DNA of 64,000 nt from a phage. Below the pieces are notes generated by a model, which was not told where the DNA came from, did not search any database, and saw nothing but the letters and a program-made list of their open reading frames with translations. Of this stretch, positions 10,226-20,411 are shown piece after piece. The stretch lies in the sequence record PZ445511.1; one strand, 5' to 3'. How positions within the stretch are numbered: position 1 is the first letter of the stretch; every line of letters starts with the position of its first letter. The translations under genes and the position numbers were made by a program.

Positions 10226-10594
10226 ATGACAAAACAACAATATTTAATGCTTTGTGAGTCTCTAGGTATTGAACCTGATCCTAAGGCAATGCCTGTTGAG
10301 CTCGAAGATTTTCCGCCTATTGTATCTACTAGTATGAATATTTATAATAGTCTTATTGATTGTTTCATACCAGGTGACTTTCCTATATTTATAGGGAAAG
10401 ACAAAAGTGCATTAGGTGTTTTATTTGATATCTACGGGATTACTGATCCTATAGAGAAAGAGTTTGTTCTACACATAGTCAATATATTTGATTCGAAAGC
10501 TGTAGATGCAGCTCGTAAGAGAGCCGAGAAGCATGGTAAACAAAATGGTCGCACTCCGAACATTAAACCGCATGCTAGATCTCGAGTTCAGTAA
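10226..10594 (+). CDS. Tail assembly chaperone (second)
   Basis: 122-aa ORF between the chaperone and the tape measure gene. Confidence 0.4.
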   Translation: MTKQQYLMLCESLGIEPDPKAMPVELEDFPPIVSTSMNIYNSLIDCFIPGDFPIFIGKDKSALGVLFDIYGITDPIEKEFVLHIVNIFDSKAVDAARKRAEKHGKQNGRTPNIKPHARSRVQ

Positions 10595-10629
10595 AAGTTT
10601 CCTCCAATGGGCGTTCCACGATGAGGCTT

Positions 10630-10660
10630 GGCTCTGGGTGATTTGCCCAGAGCCTTTTTT
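10630..10660 (+). terminator. Rho-independent terminator immediately upstream of the tape measure start
   Basis: GGCTCTGGG-TGATTTG-CCCAGAGCC hairpin followed by T6, then the same 23-nt motif seen at 5635. Confidence 0.65.
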
Positions 10661-10675
10661 ATTGGGAAAAAATAA

Positions 10676-13600
10676 ATGACTGATAAGCTAATACGAGAAC
10701 TACTTATAGATGTAAAGCAGAAAGGGGCAACCCGTACTGCAAAATCTATTGAGAACGTTTCCGATGCGTTAGAAAATGCTGCTGCCGCTTCCGAACTGAC
10801 TAATGAGCAGTTAGGAAAAATGCCCAAAACTCTTTACTCCATTGAGAGGGCGGCGGATAGAGCAGCTAAAAGTCTAACTAAAATGCAGGCTAGCAGAGGT
10901 ATGATGGGCATCACCAAATCTATGGATAGTATTGGTGCTAAGTTAGATGATCTTGCTATTGCTATGATCGAGGTATCTGATAAGCTAGAGTCTGGATTTA
11001 CACATGTTGGTAAATCTGTTAAGGCTATGGGTAACGATGTAGCTGCTGCAACTGAAAAAGTTCAAGATAGATTATATGATACTAACCGAGCACTAGGTAA
11101 TACTGCTAGAGGCTTTAATGATACAACTACCGCTGCAGGACGTGCTAGTCGTGCAATTGGTAATACTTCTGGTTCAGCACGTGGTGCAACTCGTGACTTC
11201 GCAGCTATGGCTAAAGTGGGTGGTGGTTTACCTCTTATGTACGCTGCTATCGCATCTAACGTGTTCGTTCTACAATCTGCATTCGAACAGCTTAAGATGG
11301 GTGACCAGTTAAACCGTCTTGAGAAGTTTGGTACTATTGTTGGTACTCAAACAGGTACTCCGGTACAAACGCTAGCTAGATCTCTACAAGAGGCTGCTGG
11401 TTATGCAATCTCCTTCGAAGAAGCAATGAGACAGGCATCCTCTGCTTCTGCATATGGATTCGATGCTGAACAACTTAATAAATTTGGTCTAGTAGCTCGT
11501 CGTGCTGCTGCTGTTCTTGGTGTTGATATGACTGATGCACTTAACCGTGTAATCAAGGGTGTATCTAAACAAGAAATCGAACTTCTGGACGAACTTGGTG
11601 TTACTATTCGTCTTAACGATGCTTATGCTGATTACGTTAAACAGCTAAATGCTGCTAACACAGGTATTACATATAACGTCAATAGTCTTTCTACTTTTCA
11701 GAAGCAACAAGCATATGCTAACGCAGTAATCGCTGAATCTACTAAACGTTTCGGCTACCTGGATGACGTACTTCGTGCAACTCCATGGGAACAGTTTGCT
11801 GCTAATGCTGATGCTGCATTGAGAAAGGTTCAACAGGCTGCTGCTAAGTATTTAGGGCCGGTAATTGATTCTATTAATGCAGTATTCTATACTTCTCAAG
11901 CATCTATCTCGGCTTCTGCTGCTAGAGCACAAGAAGAAACTAACCGTCAGATTGACCCAACTAACGTTGGTGCTGTAGCTTTAAGTCTTTCCGCTTCCGA
12001 GGAAGGATATAATAAAGCTCTTGATATGTATAAAGAATCTCTAGAAAAGCGTAATAAGTTAAAAGCTGATCTAGATAAGCGTATGGAACAGGCTGACTTC
12101 TTTACTGCAGGTGCAATTCGTTCTGTGGCTCAAGGTGTTCCGGTAAGTGCTGCGGCTCTTGGTGCTTCGGAGGAAAACAAGAAGTTCGTAGCTGAAACTG
12201 CGGCTATGGCACTCCAAGTAGAACGTTTGGATAAGGAAGTTACTGATTCAACCGATAACTTAGGTGCATGGAAATCTGCATATCAAGCTGCGGGTGCTGC
12301 GGCTGCTAAGGCTAATCCAGAATTTCAGAAGCAGATTAATCTGCAGAAGGATATGAATGACCCTGATGCGGTTTATGACTTTAACTCTGCGACTCTGAAA
12401 GGACTGACAGAACAGCAGAAAGCATATGATCAGGCTAAGAAAACTGCTAGTGATTTAGCTAACGATATCCAGAACATCGCTCAGAATACTAATACTGCGG
12501 CTAAAACTAGTGCATCCCTATCAGATACGATTAAAACTATTGAGTCTCTTTCTGCTGGTACTGGTAAAAATGCTGATGAATATGTTAAGAGTCTGAACTT
12601 AGGATATAATACTCTTAGTGAGATGAAGACTGCTTCACAAGCTCTTGCTGGTTACGTAAAATTAACTGGTAATGAGACTAAGAATCAGTTAGAAGTTCAG
12701 CAGAAGATTGCAGAAGTATACAACCAGACTAAGGACAAAGAGAAAGCACAGGAAGCTGGTAGACGTCTGGAAATCCAACAGTTAGAAGAACAGGAAGCAG
12801 CTCTTAAACGTGTCCTAGAAACTAACAAGGGTAATAAAGCAATCGAGAATGAAATAGCTAAGATTCAGTTAGAACGTATCAAAGTTACTAACCAGGGTAT
12901 GGAAGCCCAGAAGAAGGTTAAGGACTATACGGATAAGATTCTTGGTGTTGATCGTGAAATTGCTCTCCTGAATAACCGTACTATGACAGATACTCAGTAT
13001 CGTTTAGCTCAGTTGAACCTTGAACTGACTGTCGAGAAAGAGAAATACACATGGTATACTAAGCAAGCAGATAAGCAGAAAGAAGCAGAACAGTCAAGAC
13101 GTGCTCAGGCACAGATTGAACGTGAAATCTGGAAATTCCGTCAAGATCAGCAGATGGAAATGGCTTCTGGACGCGAAAGAGCTCTTAATATTTCACAGAC
13201 TAGCAGAAACGTTACTGGGGAATCTCAGAGACTAACTGAACAGCAAGCTCTGTACCAAAGTTTACTGGAAATTACAAAAGGAAATGCACAAGCTCAGGAA
13301 GAGTATAAGCGTAAAATCCAAGAAACTTCGGCAGCTCTAGCACAGCTTAAGATGCAACGCGATGCTCAGATGCAGCAGCAAGTCACTTCTTCTGTTGGTG
13401 GTGTTTACACTCCAACAACTGGACTGGAAGGAGATGATAAAGCAAATATGGATATGCAGAATAGAATGGCATCCTATGACCAGGCTATCTCTAAACTATC
13501 CGAGCTGAACTCTGAAGCAACTGCAGTGGCACAAAGTATGGGTAACCTAACTAATGCTATGATTCAGTTCTCTCAGGGATCTCTGGATACTACATCTTTA

Positions 13601-14356
13601 GTTGCTGCTGGTATGCAAACTGTGTCTTCAATGATTCAGTATAGTGTTGGTCAACAGGTAAGTGCTATTGATGCAGCTATTGCAGCAGAACAGAAACGTG
13701 ATGGTAAATCTGAGCAATCCAAAGCTAAGATCAAGAAGTTAGAGGCTGAAAAGCTCAAGATCCAGCAAGATGCAGCTAAGAAGCAAATCATTATCCAGAC
13801 GGCAGTAGCGGTGATGCAAGCAGCAACAGCTGTTCCATACCCATTTTCTATTCCTCTGATGGTTGCGGCTGGTTTAGCAGGTGCTATGGCTCTTGCTCAA
13901 GCATCCTCTGCATCTGGTATGTCTTCTATTGGGGACTCTGGTGCTGAGACAGCTGGTTACTTAACTCTTGGAGAGCGCCAGAAGAACGTAGACGTTTCTA
14001 TGTCGGCTAACGCAGGAGAACTTTCTTATATTCGAGGGGACCAAGGGATTGGTAATGCTAACTCTTTCGTACCTCGTGCAGAAGGTGGTAATATGTATCC
14101 TGGAGTTAGTTACCAGATGGGTGAGCATGGTACCGAAGTAATCACTCCTATGGTTCCGATGAAGGCTACTCCTACTGATGAACTCAAAGGATCTTCAAAG
14201 GGTACATCGGGTAGACCTATTGTGCTGAACATCAGTACGATGGATGCGGCTAGCTTCCGAGACTTTGCTTCGAGCAACAGTGCTGCTTTCAGGGATGCCG
14301 TGGAACAGGCTCTTAATGAGAATGGAACCACCCTGAAATCACTTGGTAATTCTTAA
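10676..14356 (+). CDS. Tape measure protein (T5 pb2-like)
   Basis: 1226 aa, largely alpha-helical/coiled-coil, Ala/Gln-rich, hydrophobic segment near the C-terminus; position. Confidence 0.9.
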   Translation: MTDKLIRELLIDVKQKGATRTAKSIENVSDALENAAAASELTNEQLGKMPKTLYSIERAADRAAKSLTKMQASRGMMGITKSMDSIGAKLDDLAIAMIEVSDKLESGFTHVGKSVKAMGNDVAAATEKVQDRLYDTNRALGNTARGFNDTTTAAGRASRAIGNTSGSARGATRDFAAMAKVGGGLPLMYAAIASNVFVLQSAFEQLKMGDQLNRLEKFGTIVGTQTGTPVQTLARSLQEAAGYAISFEEAMRQASSASAYGFDAEQLNKFGLVARRAAAVLGVDMTDALNRVIKGVSKQEIELLDELGVTIRLNDAYADYVKQLNAANTGITYNVNSLSTFQKQQAYANAVIAESTKRFGYLDDVLRATPWEQFAANADAALRKVQQAAAKYLGPVIDSINAVFYTSQASISASAARAQEETNRQIDPTNVGAVALSLSASEEGYNKALDMYKESLEKRNKLKADLDKRMEQADFFTAGAIRSVAQGVPVSAAALGASEENKKFVAETAAMALQVERLDKEVTDSTDNLGAWKSAYQAAGAAAAKANPEFQKQINLQKDMNDPDAVYDFNSATLKGLTEQQKAYDQAKKTASDLANDIQNIAQNTNTAAKTSASLSDTIKTIESLSAGTGKNADEYVKSLNLGYNTLSEMKTASQALAGYVKLTGNETKNQLEVQQKIAEVYNQTKDKEKAQEAGRRLEIQQLEEQEAALKRVLETNKGNKAIENEIAKIQLERIKVTNQGMEAQKKVKDYTDKILGVDREIALLNNRTMTDTQYRLAQLNLELTVEKEKYTWYTKQADKQKEAEQSRRAQAQIEREIWKFRQDQQMEMASGRERALNISQTSRNVTGESQRLTEQQALYQSLLEITKGNAQAQEEYKRKIQETSAALAQLKMQRDAQMQQQVTSSVGGVYTPTTGLEGDDKANMDMQNRMASYDQAISKLSELNSEATAVAQSMGNLTNAMIQFSQGSLDTTSLVAAGMQTVSSMIQYSVGQQVSAIDAAIAAEQKRDGKSEQSKAKIKKLEAEKLKIQQDAAKKQIIIQTAVAVMQAATAVPYPFSIPLMVAAGLAGAMALAQASSASGMSSIGDSGAETAGYLTLGERQKNVDVSMSANAGELSYIRGDQGIGNANSFVPRAEGGNMYPGVSYQMGEHGTEVITPMVPMKATPTDELKGSSKGTSGRPIVLNISTMDAASFRDFASSNSAAFRDAVEQALNENGTTLKSLGNS

Positions 14357-14362
14357 TACTGG

Positions 14363-14390
14363 AGGAGGACTTTATGTCCTCCTTTTCTTT
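14363..14390 (+). terminator. Rho-independent terminator after the tape measure gene
   Basis: AGGAGGAC-TTTAT-GTCCTCCT hairpin followed by a T-rich run. Confidence 0.6.
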
Positions 14391-14409
14391 ATGGAAAAAT
14401 AAAAATTTC

Positions 14410-14438
14410 TTGATAAAATTTTCCAATCCTATTATAAT
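14410..14438 (+). promoter_or_regulatory. Sigma70-type promoter upstream of the distal tail protein gene
   Basis: TTGATA, 17-nt spacer, TATAAT; GAGGAG RBS follows. Confidence 0.5.
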
Positions 14439-14464
14439 ATTGTTATTAAGAGGAGAAATTAACT

Positions 14465-15079
14465 ATGAGACTACCAGACCCATACACGAACCCAGAGCTA
14501 TCAGGGTTAGGTTTTGAAAGCGTTAACTTAGTAGACAATGACCCTATGATTCGTGATGAATTACCTAATGGTAAAGTTAGGGAGGTTAAGGTGTCTGCTC
14601 AATATTGGGGTATTAATATCTCTTATCCAGAATTATTCCCAGATGAATTTGCTAAATTAGACTCATTCATTCTAGATTATAAAAGAACAGGTAGCTATAT
14701 TGATGTGTTATTACCACAATATGAAGCTTTCCGAGTTCGTGGTGATACTAGTGCTGTAAATATTCCTGCTGGACAAAAAGGTTCAACAGTTATTATGGAC
14801 ACTAAAGGTACACTTCGTGGACTGCCTAAACCAGGCGATTTATTTAAATTGTCCAACCATCCAAAAGTGTATAAAATCACTTCTATCAACACAGCAGGAA
14901 ATACTTGGAATATAAGTGTTTATCCTGATCTATTCATTACTACTACGGGTAGTGAGAAACCGGTATTTAATGGTATTCTGTTTAGAACTAAATTAATGAA
15001 CGGAGACAGTTTTGGCTCTACGTTAAATAGTAATGGTACATATACTGGTATTTCACTTTCCTTGAGGGAAAGTCTATGA
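14465..15079 (+). CDS. Distal tail protein Dit (T5 pb9-like)
   Basis: 204 aa directly after the tape measure gene; size identical to T5 pb9. Confidence 0.7.
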   Translation: MRLPDPYTNPELSGLGFESVNLVDNDPMIRDELPNGKVREVKVSAQYWGINISYPELFPDEFAKLDSFILDYKRTGSYIDVLLPQYEAFRVRGDTSAVNIPAGQKGSTVIMDTKGTLRGLPKPGDLFKLSNHPKVYKITSINTAGNTWNISVYPDLFITTTGSEKPVFNGILFRTKLMNGDSFGSTLNSNGTYTGISLSLRESL

Positions 15080-17925
15080 AGAAAATTCTTGACAGTGCAA
15101 GAGAGTATTTAAGAACCAATAATAAAATAAAAACTGCATGCCTTATTACTCTTGAATTGCCAAGCTCTACCGGATCAAGTTCTGCGTACATTTATCTTAC
15201 AGACTATTTTAGGGATGTAATTTATAATGGTATTCTTTACACATCTGGTAAAGTTAAGTCTATAACAACACATAAACAAAATAGAAAACTTTCCATTGGT
15301 AGCCTTTCTTTTACTATCACAGGTACTGCTGAAGATGAAGTATTAAAACTAGTCCAAAATGGTGTATCCTTCCTAGATAGATCCATCTCAATCCATCAAG
15401 CGGTTATTGATGAAGAAGGTAACATTCTTACTGTAGATCCAGACACTAATGGTCCTTTACTTTACTTCCGTGGTAAAATCACTGGTGGTGGTATTAAGGA
15501 TAACATTGGTACTTCTGGAGTTAGTACATCTGTTATTACATGGAACTGTTCAAACCAATTCTATGACTTTGATAGAGTAAACGGACGTTTCACAGATGAT
15601 GCTGACCATAGGGGACTTGAGATTGTTGCTGGCCAATTAGTTCCATCTAATGGTGCTAAACGACCTGAATATCAAGAGGACTACGGATTCTTCCACGCTA
15701 ACAAGAGTATTTCTATTCTTGCTAAGTATCAGGTTCAGGAAGAACGTTATAAGTTACAATCTAAGAAAAAGTTATTTGGTCTTTCTAGAAGCTATAGCCT
15801 AAAGAAATACTATGAGACTGTAACTAAGGAAGTCGATCTTGATTTTAACTTAGCAGCTAAATTCCTTCCAGTAGTATACGGAGTTCAGAAAATTCCTGGA
15901 ATCCCAGTATTTGCAGATACTGAACTGCATAACCCTAATATCGTATATGTAGTATACGCTTTCTGTGAGGGTGAGATTGATGGATTTCTAGATTTCTACT
16001 TTAGTGATGTACCAATGATCTGTATTGATCCTAATGATAGTAAGTCTCGTACTTGTTTTGGTACTAAGAAAGTAGCTGGTGATACCATGCAACGTATTGC
16101 TTCTGGTCAACCAAGCTCTGAACCTTCTGTTCATGGACAGGAATATAAGTATAATGATGGTAATGGCGATATCCGTATCTGGACTTATCATGGTAAGGCT
16201 GATCAATCTGCTGCTGATGTTCTAGTTAACATTGCAAAAGAGAAAGGTTTCTATCTACAGAACATGAATGAGAATGGACCGGAATACTGGGACTCTCGTT
16301 ATAAACTGTTAGATACTGCTTATGCTATCGTTCGCTTTACTATTAATGAAAACAGAACAGAAATTCCAGAAGTTAGTGCTGAAGTTCAAGGTAAGAAGAT
16401 TAAGATCTATCATTCAGATGGTAGAGTAACTGCTGATAAGACCAGCTTAAATGGTATATGGCAAACTCTGGACTACCTAACCTCTGATCGCTACGGTGCT
16501 AATATCACTATCGATCAGTTCCCACTCCAGCAACTTATTCAAGAAGCAGCTATTTTGGATATCATTGATGAATCCTACCAGGTTTCTTGGCAACCCTATT
16601 GGAGATACGTTGGATGGACTGATGCTGTAGGAGAGAATAGACAAATAGTTCAAATGAACACTATTCTCGATACCTCTGAGTCCGTATTTAAAAACGTGCA
16701 GGGATTAATAGAGTCTTATGGTGGTGCTATCAACAACTTATCTGGTCAATATAGAATAACTGTTGAGAAGTTCTCAAACACCCCATTAGAGATTGACTTC
16801 TTAGATACCTACGGTGATTTGGAGCTATCAGATACCACAGGTAGAAATAAGTTCAACTCAGTACAAGCCTCCATATTAGATCCTGCATTAAGCTGGAAGA
16901 CTAACTCCATTACATTCTTTAACTCTATATTTAAGGAACAAGATAAAGGATTAGATAAAAAACTTCAGCTTTCTTTTGCAAATATCACTAACTACTATAC
17001 TGCACGTAGCTTTGCAGATAGAGAACTGAAAAAGTCTCGTTACTCACGAACTCTCACATTCTCATTACCATATCATTTCATAGGCATTGAGCCTAACGAT
17101 CCGATTGCTTTTACATATGGTCGTTATGGTTGGAATAAGAAATACTTCCTAGTTGATGAGGTTGAAAACTCTAGAGAAGGTAAGATTAATATTACACTGC
17201 AAGAGTATGGTGAGGATGTATTTATTAACTCCGAGCAGGTTGATAATAGTGGTAACGATATCCCTGATGTTAGTAATAATGTACTGCCTCCTAGAGACTT
17301 TATGTATACACCAACACCGGGTGGACAAGTAGGATCTATTGGTAAGAATGGTGAGTTATCTTGGCTTCCTAGCTTAACTAATAACGTTGTTTACTACTCC
17401 ATTGTTCATTCTGGACATGCTGATCCTTACATCGTACAGCAATTAGAAACTAATCCAAATCTACGAATGATCCAAGAAATTATTGGAGAACCTGCTGGTT
17501 TAGCAGTCTTTGAGATTAGAGCTGTAGATATTAATGGTAGACGAAGTTCTCCTGTAACACTATCGGTAGAACTTAACTCTGCTAAAAACTTAAGCGTCGT
17601 TAGTAATTTCAGGGTTACTAATACAGCTTCAGGAGATGCATCGGAGTTTGTAGGACCAGACGTTAAGTTGGCCTGGGATAGAATTCCAGAAGAAGATATC
17701 ATTGATGGAATCTTCTACACTCTCGAAATCTACGATAACCTAGATCGTTTATTAAGAAGTGTACGAATTGAAGATCAGTATGTCTACGATTATCTACTGA
17801 TATACAATAAGGCAGACTATGCTCTTCATAACGAGGATGCTCTAGGTATTAATAGGAAGTTACGCTTCCGTATAAGAGCAGAAGGTGATAATGGCGAGCA
17901 ATCTGTGGATTGGGCATCTATTTAA
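15076..17925 (+). CDS. Baseplate hub / tail tip protein (T5 pb3-like)
   Basis: 949 aa following Dit; size and position match T5 pb3. Confidence 0.75.
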   Translation: MKKILDSAREYLRTNNKIKTACLITLELPSSTGSSSAYIYLTDYFRDVIYNGILYTSGKVKSITTHKQNRKLSIGSLSFTITGTAEDEVLKLVQNGVSFLDRSISIHQAVIDEEGNILTVDPDTNGPLLYFRGKITGGGIKDNIGTSGVSTSVITWNCSNQFYDFDRVNGRFTDDADHRGLEIVAGQLVPSNGAKRPEYQEDYGFFHANKSISILAKYQVQEERYKLQSKKKLFGLSRSYSLKKYYETVTKEVDLDFNLAAKFLPVVYGVQKIPGIPVFADTELHNPNIVYVVYAFCEGEIDGFLDFYFSDVPMICIDPNDSKSRTCFGTKKVAGDTMQRIASGQPSSEPSVHGQEYKYNDGNGDIRIWTYHGKADQSAADVLVNIAKEKGFYLQNMNENGPEYWDSRYKLLDTAYAIVRFTINENRTEIPEVSAEVQGKKIKIYHSDGRVTADKTSLNGIWQTLDYLTSDRYGANITIDQFPLQQLIQEAAILDIIDESYQVSWQPYWRYVGWTDAVGENRQIVQMNTILDTSESVFKNVQGLIESYGGAINNLSGQYRITVEKFSNTPLEIDFLDTYGDLELSDTTGRNKFNSVQASILDPALSWKTNSITFFNSIFKEQDKGLDKKLQLSFANITNYYTARSFADRELKKSRYSRTLTFSLPYHFIGIEPNDPIAFTYGRYGWNKKYFLVDEVENSREGKINITLQEYGEDVFINSEQVDNSGNDIPDVSNNVLPPRDFMYTPTPGGQVGSIGKNGELSWLPSLTNNVVYYSIVHSGHADPYIVQQLETNPNLRMIQEIIGEPAGLAVFEIRAVDINGRRSSPVTLSVELNSAKNLSVVSNFRVTNTASGDASEFVGPDVKLAWDRIPEEDIIDGIFYTLEIYDNLDRLLRSVRIEDQYVYDYLLIYNKADYALHNEDALGINRKLRFRIRAEGDNGEQSVDWASI

Positions 17926-19983
17926 ATGATTTCGAATAATGCACCAGCCAAGATGGTCTTAAATAGTATTATGACTGGATATACTATGGCGTATATCCAG
18001 CATTCTATCTATACCGACTACGATGTTATCGGTAGATCATTCTGGCTTAAACTTGGCGAAGAAGTGGATAGAAGAGATTTCACTGGAATCGACACTTTCT
18101 TTGTTATGATCAATAACTTAACTCCCTCAACTACCTATCAGGTTCAGGGAGCTTTTTATGACTCAATTATTGACTCAGAACTTTTAAATGCAAAAATTGG
18201 TATTAACCTCTCTAATGAAACTAACTTTAAAACAAAAGAGAAGCCAATAATTGTTACAGCAAGGTCTGAGTCAGAACCAGTGGATGTTGGGGTGGGCGCA
18301 CCGATAGTTGTTGTGGAAACTACTGGTGAAGCAAGTTACTGTACTATTGAGTTAAAAAGTACAGCCACGGAAGATAGTCCTTGGACTAAGTATTACATTG
18401 GGGCTTTAGGTTCTACTATTAAATTTGGTGGAGTTCCTATCGGAGATTATAAGATCAGAATATCTGGTCAAGTAACTATGCCTGATGGTGTTACAGTTGA
18501 TTCTTCTGGTTACTATGAGTTCCCTAGTATTCTAACTGTAGCTTATAATTTTGTTCCTCCTACTGCACCTATCGATATTGTTTTTAAAGCTGCACGAATT
18601 GCTGATGGTAAAGAACGATATGATGTTAGAATTGAGTGGGATTGGGAACGCGGTGCTGGTGCTAATGTTCGTGAGTTCTTGGTTACTTATATAAACTCCG
18701 AAGAATACGCTAAGACTGGCTGGGCTAAAGCTCAAAAGATAAACGTGGGGGCTGCTAGAGCTGCAACGATTATATCATTCCCCTGGAAAGTTGAACATAC
18801 CTTTAAGGTTTCATCAATTGCCTGGGGACCAAATAAGCAAGATATAACAGAATCAGCTCCTGTAACATTTATTCTGAATGAGGATACTCCTCTAGATAAC
18901 AGTTTTGTCAATGAGACGGGTATTGATGTTAACTATGCCTTTATTAAGGGTAGTATGAAAGATGGGGAAATCTGGAGACAGACATTCTTAATTGATGCAG
19001 CTACTGGTGCTATTAACATTGGTCTGCTCGATGAAGAAGGAAAAGCACCTATTTCTTTCGACCCTATAAATCGTGTTGTTAACGTTGATGGTAAAGTAAT
19101 TACTAGAGATATTAATGCTGCGAACTTTATCATGACTAACTTGTCTGGTAAAGATAATCCAGCAATTTACACTCAAGGTAAATCTTGGGGAGATAATAAT
19201 TCTGGTATTTGGATGGGTATGGATAATACCTCTGCCAAAGCGAAACTAGACATTGGTAATGCTACACAATGGATACGTTATGATGGTACTACTCTGCGCA
19301 TCTCTAGTGGTGTAGTAATTGGAACGCCAAATGGTGACGTAGATATTGGAACTGGTTTACAAGGTAAGCAAACAGTATTTGTTTATAAGTTAGCAACATC
19401 TTTACCGGCCAAACCGCTAGAACAAGATTATCCGCCTCCTGGTTGGTCAAAAACTCCACCTAATCGTACAGATATGACACAAAATATCTATGCTACTACG
19501 GGTACACTTGATCCAGTTACTAACAAACTTCTTGAAGGTACTAGCTGGTCTGATGTGGTTCAGTGGAGTGGTACTGAAGGTACTATAGGGCATGATGGAC
19601 AGCGTGGTCCTGGGATGTACTCCATGGGTATTCCTGGATTAGGTGGTTGGGATGATGGACAGGCTAATGCATTCTTCCAAAATAACTTTGGAAAACCTCC
19701 AGTTAAATACGATGTCTTAACACAATTTAACAGTAATGCTCCACAAACAGCATTTACCCGCCAATGGAACGGGGGTGGATGGATTAACCCTGCAATGGTT
19801 CTTCATGGCAATATGATTGTTAATGGAACTGTTACTGCGGATAAGATTGTGGCAGGAAATGCCTTCTTATCACAAATCGGTGTTAATATAATCTACGATA
19901 GAAATGCTGCGTTATCAGGGAACCCTGAAGCATACTACAAGATGAAGATAGACCTAAATAGTGGGTATATCCATATAAGGTAA
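17926..19983 (+). CDS. Central straight fibre protein (T5 pb4-like)
   Basis: 685 aa following the hub gene. Confidence 0.65.
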   Translation: MISNNAPAKMVLNSIMTGYTMAYIQHSIYTDYDVIGRSFWLKLGEEVDRRDFTGIDTFFVMINNLTPSTTYQVQGAFYDSIIDSELLNAKIGINLSNETNFKTKEKPIIVTARSESEPVDVGVGAPIVVVETTGEASYCTIELKSTATEDSPWTKYYIGALGSTIKFGGVPIGDYKIRISGQVTMPDGVTVDSSGYYEFPSILTVAYNFVPPTAPIDIVFKAARIADGKERYDVRIEWDWERGAGANVREFLVTYINSEEYAKTGWAKAQKINVGAARAATIISFPWKVEHTFKVSSIAWGPNKQDITESAPVTFILNEDTPLDNSFVNETGIDVNYAFIKGSMKDGEIWRQTFLIDAATGAINIGLLDEEGKAPISFDPINRVVNVDGKVITRDINAANFIMTNLSGKDNPAIYTQGKSWGDNNSGIWMGMDNTSAKAKLDIGNATQWIRYDGTTLRISSGVVIGTPNGDVDIGTGLQGKQTVFVYKLATSLPAKPLEQDYPPPGWSKTPPNRTDMTQNIYATTGTLDPVTNKLLEGTSWSDVVQWSGTEGTIGHDGQRGPGMYSMGIPGLGGWDDGQANAFFQNNFGKPPVKYDVLTQFNSNAPQTAFTRQWNGGGWINPAMVLHGNMIVNGTVTADKIVAGNAFLSQIGVNIIYDRNAALSGNPEAYYKMKIDLNSGYIHIR

Positions 19984-19988
19984 TTATA

Positions 19989-20411
19989 ATGAGTACAGAA
20001 AACCGAGTTATTGATATTGTTGTTGATGAGAAAGTACCTTATGGTCTTATCATGCAGTTTATGGATGTTGATGACAGTGTATATCCACCAACAGAAGTTC
20101 CTGTTAACTTAACCGGATATTCACTCCGAGGAACTATTAAATCTAGTCTAGATGAGAACGCCGAGGTTCTAGCTAATTTTAAAACTCATATTATTGATGC
20201 TACTCAAGGTGCTGCTGCAATTAGTCTTTCCATTGCAGACACTACTAATATTAGTGAAAAAGCATCTAAAGAACGTGATAAGTATAACCCAAGACAACGT
20301 TTTGCTGGTTATTATGATATCATAATGACTCGTGATGTAATTGGCTCTGAAGTCAATTCTTTCCGTATTATGGAAGGTAAAGTATACATCAGCGATGGAG
20401 TAACTCAATAA
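19989..20411 (+). CDS. Collar protein (T5 p132-like)
   Basis: 140 aa immediately upstream of the L-shaped tail fibre gene. Confidence 0.55.
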   Translation: MSTENRVIDIVVDEKVPYGLIMQFMDVDDSVYPPTEVPVNLTGYSLRGTIKSSLDENAEVLANFKTHIIDATQGAAAISLSIADTTNISEKASKERDKYNPRQRFAGYYDIIMTRDVIGSEVNSFRIMEGKVYISDGVTQ